A stretch of 64,000 nucleotides of DNA from Octopus vulgaris (GCA_951406725.2 OX597817.1:118358001-118422000); one strand, 5' to 3'. Positions 28,121 through 41,802 are shown, counted from the first letter of the stretch. Notes: generated from the letters alone by a model not told the origin. Program-made: numbers and translations.

Positions 28121-29387
28121 TATGATCTTGCAGATAAATTGTGATCAATTTTAAACAGATGACTTATTGGGTTTAAAATTTCAGTTTTTAAAAACAAAAA
28201 TCTGTTTGCTTGAAAATCTAATCCTCCCCTTTATTTTTCGGGTAAATAGCGAACTAATTCGACAACAGAAAGTCGTGGAACAACAAAATCATTCCGCTAT
28301 TTTTGTTTTGGCTCGCGCCGGACACACTGTTAATGAAATGGATTATTTGACGAAACTTCCAAACGCAACAGTTTATCGTGCGTATAAACAATTTAAAGAA
28401 GAGGCCAAGATTGTTAGAAAAGAACACAAAACTCGAAGTGGTTTTAAGCGCAATCCAAAGATTTTCGCTGGCCTCAAATGTTTTATTGAAGCGTGCTCCC
28501 TCCACATCCATGACAACTTTTGCAAAAAATATAATGTGTCGCTTTCTACGGTGTCAAGAACTGTGAACAGGAACCTTGGAATGACTACCTATGTTCAACG
28601 ACGCCGTCACCTCCTAACAGCCATGGCCAAAGCAGTCAGAGACGAGAGATGCCCAAAGCTTCTGACATTCATCAAGCATCAAGGTGCAGGAAAAGCTCCG
28701 GTCTTTGTACACGCGAAGAAGTTCACTGTGGGCGCTGAGGTGAATCGCAGAAATTTTCGAATGATTGCATATAGTCCTTCTGGAACCCCACCCCGAATTT
28801 TAGTCTAAGAATCCTAACATTGTGATAATATTTGGAGCCTTGGTCAGTACTTGTAGTATCAAGGATCCACACTACACTGAGTCTGGCTTCAAGATCGGCA
28901 CAAAGGTGTATCTGGATATCCTGGAGAACTCTCTGTAACTTTGGATGGAGCAGAAATTCTGGGCTTGACATTGTTGTGCTTACCCAGGATTCTGTACCAT
29001 ACAATGGGTCAAAAGCAATACAGTCTTTCCTTGGTTGGAAGGCGCCATTTTTTGTGAGGGCTAATTTCTGGTTCAGTAATAGCCCAGTTCTCAACCTTCT
29101 CGATTATTATTTATGGGGCTTACTTAACGCAAGGACCAATGCTTCACCACACTCGTGTGCGACACGCCGCAAAATGAAAAAAAGGCGGAGGTTGCGGCAG
29201 CGGCAAAACAAGTTTCGTTCTCTTATAAAGGCAGCAATTGCTGAAAATGGTGGCCATATTGAGCGATAAATGTTTTTGATGTAATAAATATTACATGAAA
29301 ATTATATATGTCCACTACAATTATTTTAGTATTTATAAGCATTTTTCTGCATCGCAAAAATTCTCTGAATATATCTGCAAGACCCTG
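28121..29387 (+). mobile_element. Tc1/mariner DD37D (maT) element, near full length, frameshifted
   Basis: TA-flanked TIRs sharing TCTTGCAGATA(A/T)ATT; ORFs 28167-28808 (HTH, VFVHAKKFTV = decayed FSDEKKF) and 28832-29269 (QD...37 residues...LDYYLWG). Confidence 0.9.
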
Positions 29388-30044
29388 TACATACACACAT
29401 TCATGCTTATGTGCAAACACATATATACCTAAATTTTACTGACGATTCATCTAGCTTCATAGCGTGAAGTCAAATTAATTGGTTTCACTTCCACGAATTC
29501 ATTATTCTTTTAATTCGTACTTATGTACGTATATCAGTATATGCATTCTTATATCTATATAAATGCTATCATAAAATTGTGTATCACTCTACAAATCCTT
29601 TTCCATTTACCTTAAACCACTCCATCAGGTCAAACCAGCCCATTCTCTTGTCTCTTCCCATTTCCCTAAACAACTGTAACTAACATATCAGATACTCTGG
29701 GATTATACAGTTTAGGTGAATAACAATATATCTATCTATATCCATATCTACCCGTACCTATTTATATATCTCTATATGTAACTGTCTGTCTATACACACA
29801 CACATAAATACACACATAAATACATATATATATATATAATGTTATATAAATTAAACATGCCAGTAATGATATTTAAGCATTATAATAGCATTTTGAAGTA
29901 AACAACGGGTTGATATAACTAACTGATCATAGCTACAGAAAAATTCTTATGAATATTACATAATTCAAGTAAACAACAGTGGGAATATTCAAATTATAAA
30001 TACAATTTTGAGTATATAAAGGGTTGACATTACATTGAATATTA

Positions 30045-30464
30045 CACAGGTGTGACTGTGTGGTAAGAAGCTTGTTTCCCAACCACATGGTTCCGAATCC
30101 AATCCTACTGCATGGCACCTTGAGCAAATGTCTTCTACTATAGACTTGCGCAGACCAAAATCTTGAGAGTGGACTTGGTAGACGGAAAGTCTAACAGAAG
30201 CTCCTCGTATATATATATATATATATTTGTGAATTCTCCATATTTATATACTCTCTCTTTTTACTCTTTTACTTGTTTCAGTCATTTGACTGCGGCCATG
30301 CTGGAGCACCGCCTTTATTCGAGTAAATCGGGAGTTATTCTTTGTAAGCCCAGTACTTGTTCTATCGGTCTTTTTTGCAGAACCGCTAAGTGACGGGGAC
30401 GTAAACACACCAGCATCGGTTGTCAAGCAATGCTAGGGGGACAAACACAGACACACAAGCATAT

Positions 30465-30516
<52 letters not shown>

Positions 30517-30670
30517 GACAGACTTCTTTCAGTTTCCGTCTACCAAATCCACTCACAAGGCATTGGTTGGGCCGGGGCTATAGCAGAAGACACTTGCCCA
30601 AGATGCCACGCAGTGGGACTGAACCCGGAACCATGTGGTTGGTAAGCAACCTACTTACCACACAGCCACT

Positions 30671-30746
<76 letters not shown>

Positions 30747-31042
30747 TATGTATGTATGTATCTATGTACCAATGTATGTATGTATGTATGTATGTATGTA
30801 TGTATGTATGTATGTATGTATGTGTGTCTGTATTTGTTCCCCCACCGTCACTTGACAACTGATTTTGGCATGATTACGTCCCCGAAATTCAGGGGATCAG
30901 CAAAAGAAACCTACAGAATAAGTACTAGGCTTACACAGAATAAGTCCAGGGGTCGATTTGTTCGACTAAAGGCTGTACTCCAACACGGCCGCAGTCAAAT
31001 GACTGAAACAGGTAAAAGAATAAAAGAATAAAGATAAAAGAA
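30045..31042 (+). mobile_element. SINE family 1 (plus), split by a nested opposite-strand copy
   Basis: Head 30045-30210 and second module 30825-31042 flank the inverted copy. Confidence 0.75.
30250..30673 (-). mobile_element. SINE family 1, complete, well conserved
   Basis: Minus: GGAGTGGCTGTGTGGTAAG...GGTTCAGTCCCACTGCG...internal (TA)n...CCAGCATGGCCGCAGTCAAATGACTGAAAC. Confidence 0.9.
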
Positions 31043-31609
31043 TATTGCTTCTAAATTCTAGCGATGCGTTTTTAAGTCTATGATTACACGTTAAACTAAT
31101 CTCCGAGCCGGTTATTTTGTCGTTACATAATGTTATTGCATATGTTTCTTCCAGGTAGAGATTACCCCCTTTTGCGCGTACATTATAGAATTTTGCATAT
31201 TATTGTATCTTTTCCGTTCGAGATCCCATATAATGTTCGCTAGTGATGTACAGGTCTTTTGCAGTTTTTCATAAATCACACTCCATGGTTCCGTCAGCAG
31301 TTCTTGTAAGTGAGGGTAGTTGTACCTATATATGCATATATATATATGTGTCATTCATTTTACATTATGTTTCTATGCAAACACACATTCGCCAATTTTT
31401 TATCTCAACAATTTCATTAATTTTTTGCATTATCATTTGCAAACAGGTTGTTCCTTGTATTCGTTTTCACATTTTTTTCTCTTATTGTAATTGTTGGTAA
31501 TATTACTATTTTAATTTCTATGTTTTCTATTGCTGTCATTCCCAGTGCTATTGCTATTAGTGTTTACTCCGTTCCTTTGTTACTGGTATTATCTATGCTA
31601 ATAGATAAA

Positions 31610-31648
<39 letters not shown>

Positions 31649-32579
31649 AGTTTGTATGTGTATGTGTTTATGTATGTCTATAGATATGTATGTATGCATG
31701 TGTGTATGTAACTGACAACCAACAAAAGCGCAATTTCCACTGAGCTAGACTTCTTGAGTTTGTACATCTTTCAATATTCGAAAAGAGAAATTAGTCGATT
31801 CAAATCTTAAATTGCGGACTGCTTCATGCAAGTTGTTAAAAATGTACAGATGCCATTAACTCTTTCAAGCTTTTACAATAAATGATTATATTTGATGTAG
31901 ATTAGTTAACACAATACTACTGATATACCGTCTTGATAGATTTGTTAAGGTGTCAATAAATTTTTATTTGAATATTTCGGTGCAGCTAACTCCTACTGCA
32001 TATTTTTCCGGAGAATTTATAAATTTAATAAATCAGATATACATACGATATTTATCGAAGAAAATATAGCAAACAGAGTAATCCTATTCCTGAACTTATA
32101 AACTGAAGAGAGATATAGTCATCTAAAATGCAATTTCCCTGGTCTATATAATTCCTTAAGTGAGAAGATGTAATACACCTACATCATTTACAATTTCAGG
32201 TATAATTAAGTTGATTTGTTTATATCGTTCTAAATATACAAATATGCATTCATTATATATATATATATATGTGTGTACGTATGTATGCATGTTTATATAA
32301 TGTATGTATGTGTGTGTGTATGTATGTGCGTGTGTATGTATATATGTATGTATGTGCATGTGTATGTATGTATGTATGTATGTATGTATGTATGTATGTA
32401 TTGCAATACATGGCCAGTGATATCTTCAATGCAATGTGCAGCTGAAATCATTTATAGTTATCGCTTCCATATCTGTTGTTGGATTTAAAAAGGGAAACGA
32501 TTTTCGAAAGATATATATGTATGTATGTGTATATATATATATTAGAAGGTTTAGAGATGATGTACAGGTATTATATATT

Positions 32580-32840
32580 AGAAGAAATTAGGTACTCAGA
32601 AATCCGGATGGTTTTATATTTACAGATATTTATTAGTGTGTTACATGTTATTATACATCATATATCATATATAGCGCTTTCGACCATTCTAGTGGAGTCT
32701 TCAAAGTGATCTATTTGAAGACTCCACTAGAATGGACGAAAGCGGTTATATATGATATATGATGTATAAAAACATGTAACATACTAATACATATCTGTAA
32801 ATATAAAACCATCCAGATTTCAGAGTACCCCATTTCTTCT
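32580..32840. repeat. Palindrome, ~125 bp arms, 8 bp spacer, hammerhead-like core at the axis
   Basis: Arms 32580-32705 and 32714-32840; inner ends read TTGAAGA-CTCCA-CTAGAA-TGG(A/T)C-GAAAGCG. Confidence 0.9.
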
Positions 32841-32862
32841 TCTTAGATATATATATATATAT

Positions 32863-33290
32863 AGGCACAGGACGTCATGAAATATGTACAACAAAAAAGT
32901 ATGAGGCACGAGTTCATGGAACATGAACTATTCTTTCCAGCAACGAAAAACACAAATAGAAAACAAAACAAACATAAAGAACGACCCTTCATCAGTTGTT
33001 GGCTGTTATTCTAGTCTCGTATTTCGAGCATTTAACAACAATATACGCTTCCCATAAAACAGTTGCTCCCGCAAAGCATATTAAATAAAGTTTGAGATTT
33101 TTCGGAGGGTCAAAATAGGTAACACAAACAGGACAGAGAAAACAAACAGGAATGGCTACTAAGCGTAAACAAGGTTGAGGTGGCGAACGCGTAAATCAAG
33201 CTAGTACAGGAGACAAACAAGAACACGTCTTCCTTGTCCCATCTACAACGGAGATAAAGAAAGAAAGATGGCCGATGGTTTGGACACAAA
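32863..33290 (-). mobile_element. Unclassified ~450 bp interspersed repeat (family X)
   Basis: Reverse complement aligns with 51930-52430; related to 61090-61450. Confidence 0.75.
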
Positions 33291-33499
33291 TTTGGCAATG
33301 ACGCGTCATATACCTAAATCTTCAGTGATTATAGACTTAACTGAACAGTAACTCATCTGCACGTCCTCTGATAACACACGGGTGATGATTCGACGATTCC
33401 CACTCACACCTGTACGCATATCTGCAATATTTTCCTCAGGTTTACTGGTTGCAGCCCTCCTAGAACGTTCGTCAATATTGATATTTTTTCAGCCATCTT

Positions 33500-33563
33500 G
33501 TTAACGTCTGAAACACTCGGCGTTTCGCTCGGTGTGCCAACGATTCTGGCAGCTCGCCGCCTT
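33500..33563 (-). mobile_element. SINE family 3 head fragment
   Basis: Minus: GGCGGCGAGCTGCCAGAATCGTTGGCACACCGAGCGAAACG. Confidence 0.55.
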
Positions 33564-35340
33564 TTAATTTTGATAGATATATAATAACTCAAAAAGTATT
33601 GATTCAAATGTGAACTGTATATATGTACATAATCTCTACCTAATCAAATCACAAGCCTGCATTTCTTGGATTGCTAGTAGAGATGAAATCTTCCAATTTC
33701 AAGGGAGAAATTTTAAGTTTCTTCTCAGCTTAGTGGTTAGCATGGCTGTGCCGTGATACATGGTTCATTTTCTGTCTGCGTTTCTGTCTTACAGATTTTT
33801 GTACACTATATTTATTATTTTATTGTTTATCTGTAGCGTTATACATGTTTGAAATTCTAATAATATATAGAGATATGCATTTATAAACTTGTATAAATTA
33901 CAGTATATACCTATTTGGTACTTCGTTCTGTAGAAGAGATAGATATAACTCGGTCGTCTTCTCCATCTCTTAGGTGATGCTACTCAAGTCAACTTATTTG
34001 CCAATTAGATTTCAATAACATAATTACACTACCATGTAACATGGTTGATATGTTTAGCAAAAGCACTCGAGGTCAGTAAAATACTCTTTTCTTCAACATA
34101 GTGGAACAAAATTGTTACATGTAATGTATATCTTTGTTCGTGAAAATCAGCACTATGTAATGTAACTGAATTATATTTTTCAAGCTGTCTCCATCTTTGA
34201 TTGCGGAAGATATTCCTCAAATGTGTTCTCTAAATAATGAACGCCTTATGATCATCTGTTCAATACTTTAAACGATTCTCCAGTGAGTTTTAGAATTATG
34301 CCAATTTTATTACGATGTAAGAATATCGCAATACATCATTGAAGACACAAAGTTTTTAAAGAATTTAGATTTAGAGGCGTCTTGAAGCAGCATATCTGTA
34401 TTATAAGCAAATAGCTAATACTAAAATAGTATTTACAAACAAAACTCATAGTACGAGTCTCTTTCTAATAATATGTCTACGATTGAAACTAATATATTTA
34501 TCTTCAATAATATATTATGGATGGCTGTTTCATTTAATACGTGACTGTATACATATTTAAACAGTAAATATTTATTATACTATTTATTGTGAGTCATAAA
34601 ATATATTCCTAATGGGTTTCTCTAAGTAGCAAACCCGTATGAGCAATGTAATATATTCAATATATGACTATTTCTGGATGTATTTAGTGATGAAACTAGT
34701 TTTCCATTTAACCTCGATTCTATTAGATTTATTGTAGTTCGTTTAATGAATAAATATAATACATAAGCAGTAAAATTTTGTTACGTGTGCAATACTTGAT
34801 TAATTCGATACAGAACGCTCAAGCAGCAAACATTTACCATTAAGCCTTCATAAATATTTTGGGCATTCATTTAGTTATGTCCTACCTTTTTACGCCCAGG
34901 TTAAAATCATAACAAATGCCCATGTGTTATTGGATGTTAACTTGCGGAATCACAAATTGTCGAGTATTCAGTCGGCCTCCAGTGTCATGCTTTATTAAAT
35001 ATTGGTCTATTCATTTCGACAAAGACATCTGCAATAAGTAAATACATTATTGTATTCCAATCAGTATTGCATATTTCAAACTGATTCAAGTTACAGATAA
35101 TATGTTTGCTAAGAGAATATCATGGACAAATGTGGAAAACTGCAAAAGAAAATTTTAATAACTCTACAAGTGCACCAAGAGCTCCAAAGTGTCGCTGTTG
35201 TGTCAAAGAGTAAAAGAGCGGGTTAATAATTATTAGTCCGCTCCTTCAGTACTTTGGGTTTCATATTAGAAGGCCAATACATAACAGGCAGGTATTCTTT
35301 TGTTCTTTTATGAAACGTTGTTATTAAAATATAACTTAAA

Positions 35341-35550
35341 GCGGTGATCTGACAAGAACATCAGCGCGCCGAGTAAAAGGCAGCATTTCTTCCGACTTTA
35401 CGTTCCGAGCTCAAATTTCGATGAGGTCGAATTTACCTTTCATCCTTTTGTGGCCCGTAGTACAAGTACCATTTGAGCACTAAGGCCCTCGTAACCGACT
35501 TACTCCTTACCTTAAATTGCTGGCTGTATCCCAAAATTTAAAGCCAGTAT
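35341..35550 (+). mobile_element. SINE family 3, decayed
   Basis: GAGCTCAAATTTCG...GAGGTCGA...CCTTTCATCCTTT...AAGTACCA...GAGCACT. Confidence 0.7.
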
Positions 35551-36107
35551 TAGAGTATAAATATTTTCATTTTTAGGCTGAGATGTTATGCTTCATTTAG
35601 AAGAATGTTTACATGAAATACAAATACGAGTGCAAAGATGTTAACAATATCGCCAAAAAGTAAAAGAAATACTTTTATTTAATAATGCTTTAATACAATC
35701 AATGTTATAAGGTGAGCATATATTTAAATATTCGCTTATGAAAGTATGACTCACACACCCCATACGCTGAGTGCATAGTTCTAAATGCTAAAAGAAAGGT
35801 TACAAATAAAACAAAAACGGGGAAAAAGGCAATAAAACAAAAAAATGCTTAAAGTGGCAAAAGACGAAACCCATGAAGAAAGATTTGCCCATCGCCTTCA
35901 TAAGCCCATCTGATTGGTTGTGCAGGGAACGAATCTTACGGAATTCAATCCAAAGTTACGGTACATGCAAAATAGCTCTCCCAAGTGCTCGAATAAGGAA
36001 AGGGTTAAAAAAAAAGTAATTACTGTTAAGTCGAGCAATGTTGAAAAGTCGATCATGTATTTAGTATCTTTCATGTGCATGTGCGTATGACAGAGGGTGT
36101 GTCTATC

Positions 36108-36147
<40 letters not shown>

Positions 36148-36319
36148 TATAAGAAGGGATGACCACTAAGTGGACATCCAATATGCTTGAAGAAGATCAC
36201 CTATGATCTAACCACAAAGAAACATGTTCTCTAGAGAAATTCAGCAAACACCAGAACATAAGCGGGTAAGACAGATGAAAATATACAAAATAAAGAATTA
36301 ATCGTTGACCGATTTCGTC

Positions 36320-37200
36320 ATTAACTGAAAGACCTTGTCAGAAATCTATCCTTCTCAAAATATAAAGCAGAACTGAGGGCACCAAGACTGAAGAAGTTTC
36401 TGCCAGAGCACGGTGTTCGTATAATTTATTTTCATTAGAGAAATGTGGTTCTACAAACGTGTTTTTCTGCTTAAGGCCCGCTTTGGTTTGGCAATAATAT
36501 CAATGGATTTTTCGAATGTTTATCACAAAATCATGATCCTGCAGAGTGGCATTTGTTTATTTACTGTTCAAAACGGATATTAAAAGTTGTATTTTTCCAT
36601 AATGTTAATTTGAAGCCTTCCATTCCTATTGCACCCACCGTTCATCTTCATTGATCATACGAGAATATGGTGCTTTTACTTCTTGCCATTGCCTATGAAA
36701 GATACTCGTGGGAAATCTCTGGAGATTTAAAAATCATTGGAATGTTGATGGGAATGCAGTCAGGTTTCACAAAATACTTTTGTTTCTTGTGTCAATGGGA
36801 TGGTTGGGCAACAGACAGACGTTATTCGGAATATAACTGGCAGGCAAGAACATCATAGCAGCCAGGACTGTCTAGAGTCAAGAATACACCTCTTGTAGAT
36901 TCATGTAAAATGCTATTGCCACCTTTGCTCATAAAGTTTGGACTGATGAAACAATTTGTAAAGACACTAGGGAAGGAAGTCTGAGTATATAGTAGAAAAG
37001 TTTTCCAAAATCACACAGGAGTATTTGAAAGAGGTTATATCTCTCTGAGAAGTACGCATAGATGTCAACTTCAAGACAATTCCGTATGAACTGGAACTGC
37101 CTGCTTGGAATGCTTTCGATTTGATCTGTGAGAATTTCTTGGGCAACATGAAGGCAATGGGCTACAAGCATGGCATCAGTAATCTTCTGAAATGTTACTC
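36320..37200 (+). mobile_element. Chapaev3-like (CMC superfamily) transposase relic
   Basis: HDPAEWHLFI...FFHN...PSIPIA, WEISGDLKIIGMLMGMQSGFTKYFCFLCQWD, LLPPLLIKFGLMKQFVK; stops and frameshifts. Family name from motif recall. Confidence 0.75.
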
Positions 37201-37354
37201 ATTACATATATACGAATATTTAAATATGTGCATGTATTTCCTGATAAGACTGATACTTGTTGCATAGGAATGGTATGAAATTTTGAAATCAGCAGGAAAA
37301 ATTAGTCTAAAAGTTGGTTTGCGTTCATAATGAGTATAATACATTTAATTTTAT

Positions 37355-38340
37355 TGACCAGTGTTATTGGTGCTACCTTGTCCATGGCTAATGTTTTTAG
37401 GATCCAGGTATGGCGAATACTATCAAAAGCCTTTCGGTTATCGATCCAGGCCACACTTAAACCCTTCTTTCTGCGGTTGTCTTTAGTTATGGCTTTATTG
37501 GTCAGTAGATGGTTTTTACAGCTGCATGAGCCCTTGCAGCATCTGGAAACAAGTTGATTTCTTCCAGATGTTTGCCCATTGTCTACGATATTATTGCAGT
37601 GAAGGCTTTGTAAATTGTAGGAGGACAAATCATCGGTCTATAATTTTGTGGGTTTACCACTTCAATGGATTTGGGTATTAGGATAGTTTTCTTTTCCGTG
37701 AGACATTCAGACAATGTCTCTGGTTCTGCTAGACTTCCAATAAATTTTGGTAGAATCTTTTAGAGTTGGAGTTGAACTGTTTGTTTTGTTCAAAGTAACT
37801 TTGGCGTTTCTTATACCGGCGGATTCTTTGTGCTTTGGCGGAGATATCTTGCTTTAGCTGTTATTTTACTTCACGTATACCTTGTTCTGCAATTTTGTAT
37901 TTATGTAGCATTTATCTTCCCTTACTGTTGATTAGTAGTGTTGATTGTCTACTAGTTTCATTAAGTATTGAAAGATTGTTTCTCTTATTTTCTATTTTTC
38001 TGGGTATTATTTATCCACAGAGTTTGTTTGGGTGGTGATGCTCCTGTTTGGATGGGTTTCAGGGGGCATCCAGCTTATTTTGTGGCCACAGAAGCTGCTG
38101 CATATATATCATTTAGCCTGGTCATCGACATTTCTTTCTGTGACTATTAGTTCTGTGACGGCCAGGTTCATACTATTTATTATTGATGTCATTTTATTAT
38201 CAATTTCAATTTTTGGGAGGTATAATCGTTGATCCATACTGAGATATGATTCTTTGATTATACTCATTTTTAGAGTACCATAATCATTAGTTTCAACTTC
38301 GCCATTTCCAGGTTTTGCATTTGTTTGTGTATTCACTCCC
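37355..38340 (-). mobile_element. R4/Dong-type LINE internal fragment (diverged relative of family A)
   Basis: KKGLSVAWIDNRKAFDSIRHTWI and MDQRLYLPKIEID...INSMNLAVTELI, homologous to 46443-47594. Confidence 0.85.
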
Positions 38341-38344
38341 GTTA

Positions 38345-38500
38345 GTCACAACAAGGACCTCAGACAGATAATAATTCCTTAAGATGTGCGCTGTGCCCAA
38401 TAAGGCAGCTTCTTACAAGACATCAATCTTTCAGGAGATTTCCAGTTGCCTTAAGACGTTTTGAAGTTTCAACATATTGAGCCCAATACCCCGACCACCA
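38345..38500 (-). mobile_element. 3' tip of another RLE LINE family
   Basis: Minus reads AALLGTAHILR, a typical C-terminus of R4/Dong ORFs. Confidence 0.6.
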
Positions 38501-38581
38501 CTTGTATCACTTTTACATTACCCTCTTGCATTTCCACTTTCATTCGGAGTACTTAAAAAATCACCATTATTATTATTATTA

Positions 38582-39035
<454 letters not shown>

Positions 39036-39092
39036 TAACCTTTTAGAGACACGTTGTCCTTTTAGAGACTATTATTATTATTATTATTATTA

Positions 39093-40575
39093 TTCAGTAG
39101 TTTTATTTTTATAGCGTGCTTTCACTTCACTACCGAGCACAGCTCTGTGTGCCTTGGGTATGTGCTGTGATTTGTTGTGATGCTCTGATGGTTATTGTAT
39201 GGAAAGTGTTCTGCGTAGGATGTGTTCAGTGCCTAGTAGTGCAATTTACTGTATGTTATATGTGTTTGTAAGTCCTGGTGTTTTTGTTATGTATTTGTCT
39301 GAATATGTTTTTATCATGCCTAATGCACCTACTATGATAGGAATTGTTTCTGTTTTCAGATTCCACATTCTAGTTACCTCCATTTCCAGGTCTTCGTATT
39401 TTGAGAGTTTCTCCATTTCTTTTAGAGACACGTTGTCATCAGCCGGTATTGATACATCAATTAGAAAGCATTTTTTTCTTCATGATCTCTGACAACTATA
39501 TCTGGTCTGTTGGCCTTAATTGCTCTATCTGTGTGTATCGGCATATCCCAGAGTATGGTTGCTTTCTCGTTTTCTGTGAACTTTTCTGGTGTGTGCCTAT
39601 ACCATCTTTTTTCTGTTGTTATTCCATAATGTTGGCATAGCTTCCAATGTATGTAGGTTCCAACTCTGTCATGTCTGTGAATATATTCCTTCTTAGCCAA
39701 GACTGGGCAGCCAGAGATAATATGATTTATTGTTTCTTGTCCATCTCCACATATTCTGCAGTTACTTGTAATATTTATTTTCATTACATGCTTTTGGTAA
39801 TTTCTGGTGAGGAGGCTTTGGTCTTGTGCTGCAATTAAAAATCCCTCTGTTTCTGCTTTGAGTCCTGAGCTTCTCAACCATTGCTGGGATTTTTCATTGT
39901 CTATTTCTTTTGCGTTTAGTTTAGTCCAGTATTTACCATGAAGGGGCTTTTCTTGCCATCGTTTTATCATGGTTCGTTGCTGTTCTATTTTTAGTTTGGA
40001 TTTCATTTGTTTTATAGCTTTTGTTGTTTCGTCATCATCTTCTTCTTCTTCATGTTTATTAGGTGGTATGATTTCTTGTTTGTATTTGTCAGCTTCCTTA
40101 AATACTGAGAACAGTTTTTTGTTTTGCTCGAGTTTTGCCGCTATCTGGATCAGTTTTCCTTCCTTCTGAAGTAGATATTTTTGCAGTCCTATGGTGGTTA
40201 TTTTATAGTAGTTTTCCAGCTGTATAAGGCCTCTACCACCTTCTATACGTTGTATATATAGTCTTTCTATGTCAGATTTTGGGTGATGCATCCTAGATCC
40301 TGTCATTATTTTTCTTGTTTTCCTATCTATTTTGGTCAGTTCATTTCGTGTCCAGTTAAGGATATTGTAGCTGTAACTTATAACTGGGACAGCTAAAGTG
40401 TTGATACCTATTATCTTGTTTTTAGCATTGAGCTCTGTGTTTAGTATTGATCTAACTCGTCTATAATATTCTTTTTTTATTTTCTCTTTCATTTGTGTGT
40501 GTTGTGTTTTATCTAGTTCATGGATTCCTAAGTATTTGTAAGTTTGGCTTTGGTCTAATTCTTTTATTTCATTGG

Positions 40576-40579
<4 letters not shown>
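39093..40579 (-). mobile_element. R4/Dong family A, 5'-truncated (RT thumb, CCHC knuckle, RLE)
   Basis: YKYLG, LIAAQDQSL, CRICGDGQETINHIISGC, HRHD, RPDIVV; frameshift at ~39470; (TAA)n on both sides. Confidence 0.95.
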
Positions 40580-40632
<53 letters not shown>

Positions 40633-40675
40633 CATCATCATCATCATCATAATCATCATTATTATTATTATTCCA

Positions 40676-40752
<77 letters not shown>

Positions 40753-40754
40753 CA

Positions 40755-41278
40755 TTTAGTGAGAGAGCAGTGCAGGCCATCAAATTGACACTGGGGTAAA
40801 ATATACGAAGCCCAGCAAACCCATCATGACTACCTGTCTGATAAGGGTACACTAGACACATGCATCACAACCATGTGTGCGCATCATGGTGATCTCATAT
40901 CAAGATAAACAGCACATGACTTTGCAGGTGGGACCCAGTTAGAATTTTCTTCTGGTCGAGTAACCCATCCCGGTCAAAAGGTTCCTGAATAAGAATTGTT
41001 TAAGGATGTTGAGCGAACCTCCCATGCTTCCAGAGATGAATTATCCAAGGGTCTAGGAATTCCTTTCAACACATGGTTATGATGCCCCCTCATAACGGCA
41101 GCCACTAAGGGACATACTCAGCTGGTTATGGTCAAACAACTGACAAGAAAATCTGTGGTATTAAGCAGAATATTTGCTGTAGCCCATCTTTTATACCAAG
41201 ACAAAACAATGTACATAACACTTCCAATCAGTTAAGATCAGAAGCCATGAAAGCCACTGTCTGGTACTGCATCAGGGC

Positions 41279-41282
<4 letters not shown>
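40755..41282 (-). mobile_element. ~530 bp non-coding insert between (TAA)n runs (putative non-autonomous Dong partner)
   Basis: No own long ORF, no clear A/B boxes; flanked by (TAA)n; minus end CTCTCTCACTAAATGATAAT resembles Dong ...ACTGAATAAT. Strand is inferred. Confidence 0.6.
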
Positions 41283-41330
<48 letters not shown>

Positions 41331-41340
41331 GTTGTTGTTG

Positions 41341-41392
<52 letters not shown>

Positions 41393-41419
41393 CATTACTG
41401 TTGTTGTTGTTATTGTTGT

Positions 41420-41660
41420 TATATGTTTGACTTTTGCTTTGTATTTGTACACGTTGACTACAAGTCTTACCTAGAGACCTCAAGAGACAACACGCTAGAA
41501 GTTGAAGTTGGCGTTATGCCTAGGGTGCCATATATTTGATTTCGCACAAAGTATTGTTCTAGAGAATGTTTAAGAAAACAAGAAAATTGTAAGTTTGTTT
41601 TAAAATTCGAGATAACATACATAGTATTTTCCGAAGGATGTTTTAAAGTCAAGATCACTG
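41420..41660 (-). mobile_element. RLE LINE family C 3' end
   Basis: ILRKIL-like ORF end, then 3'UTR ...TCTTGAGGTCTC...TACAAATACAAAGCAAAAGTCAAACAT and an (AAC/AAT)n tail. Confidence 0.7.
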
Positions 41661-41686
41661 ATTATTATTATTATTATTATTATTAT

Positions 41687-41748
<62 letters not shown>

Positions 41749-41767
41749 TTATTATTATTATTATTAT

Positions 41768-41802
<35 letters not shown>

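Noticed and set aside
39461-40861. 466-aa ORF with poly-Asn N-terminus as a novel protein
   Set aside because: It is a chance in-frame read-through from the adjacent insert across (AAT)n into a 5'-truncated Dong RT/RLE fragment.
41225-41245. U2 snRNA similarity (TAAGATCA)
   Set aside because: Only about 8 nt match; the rest of U2 is absent.
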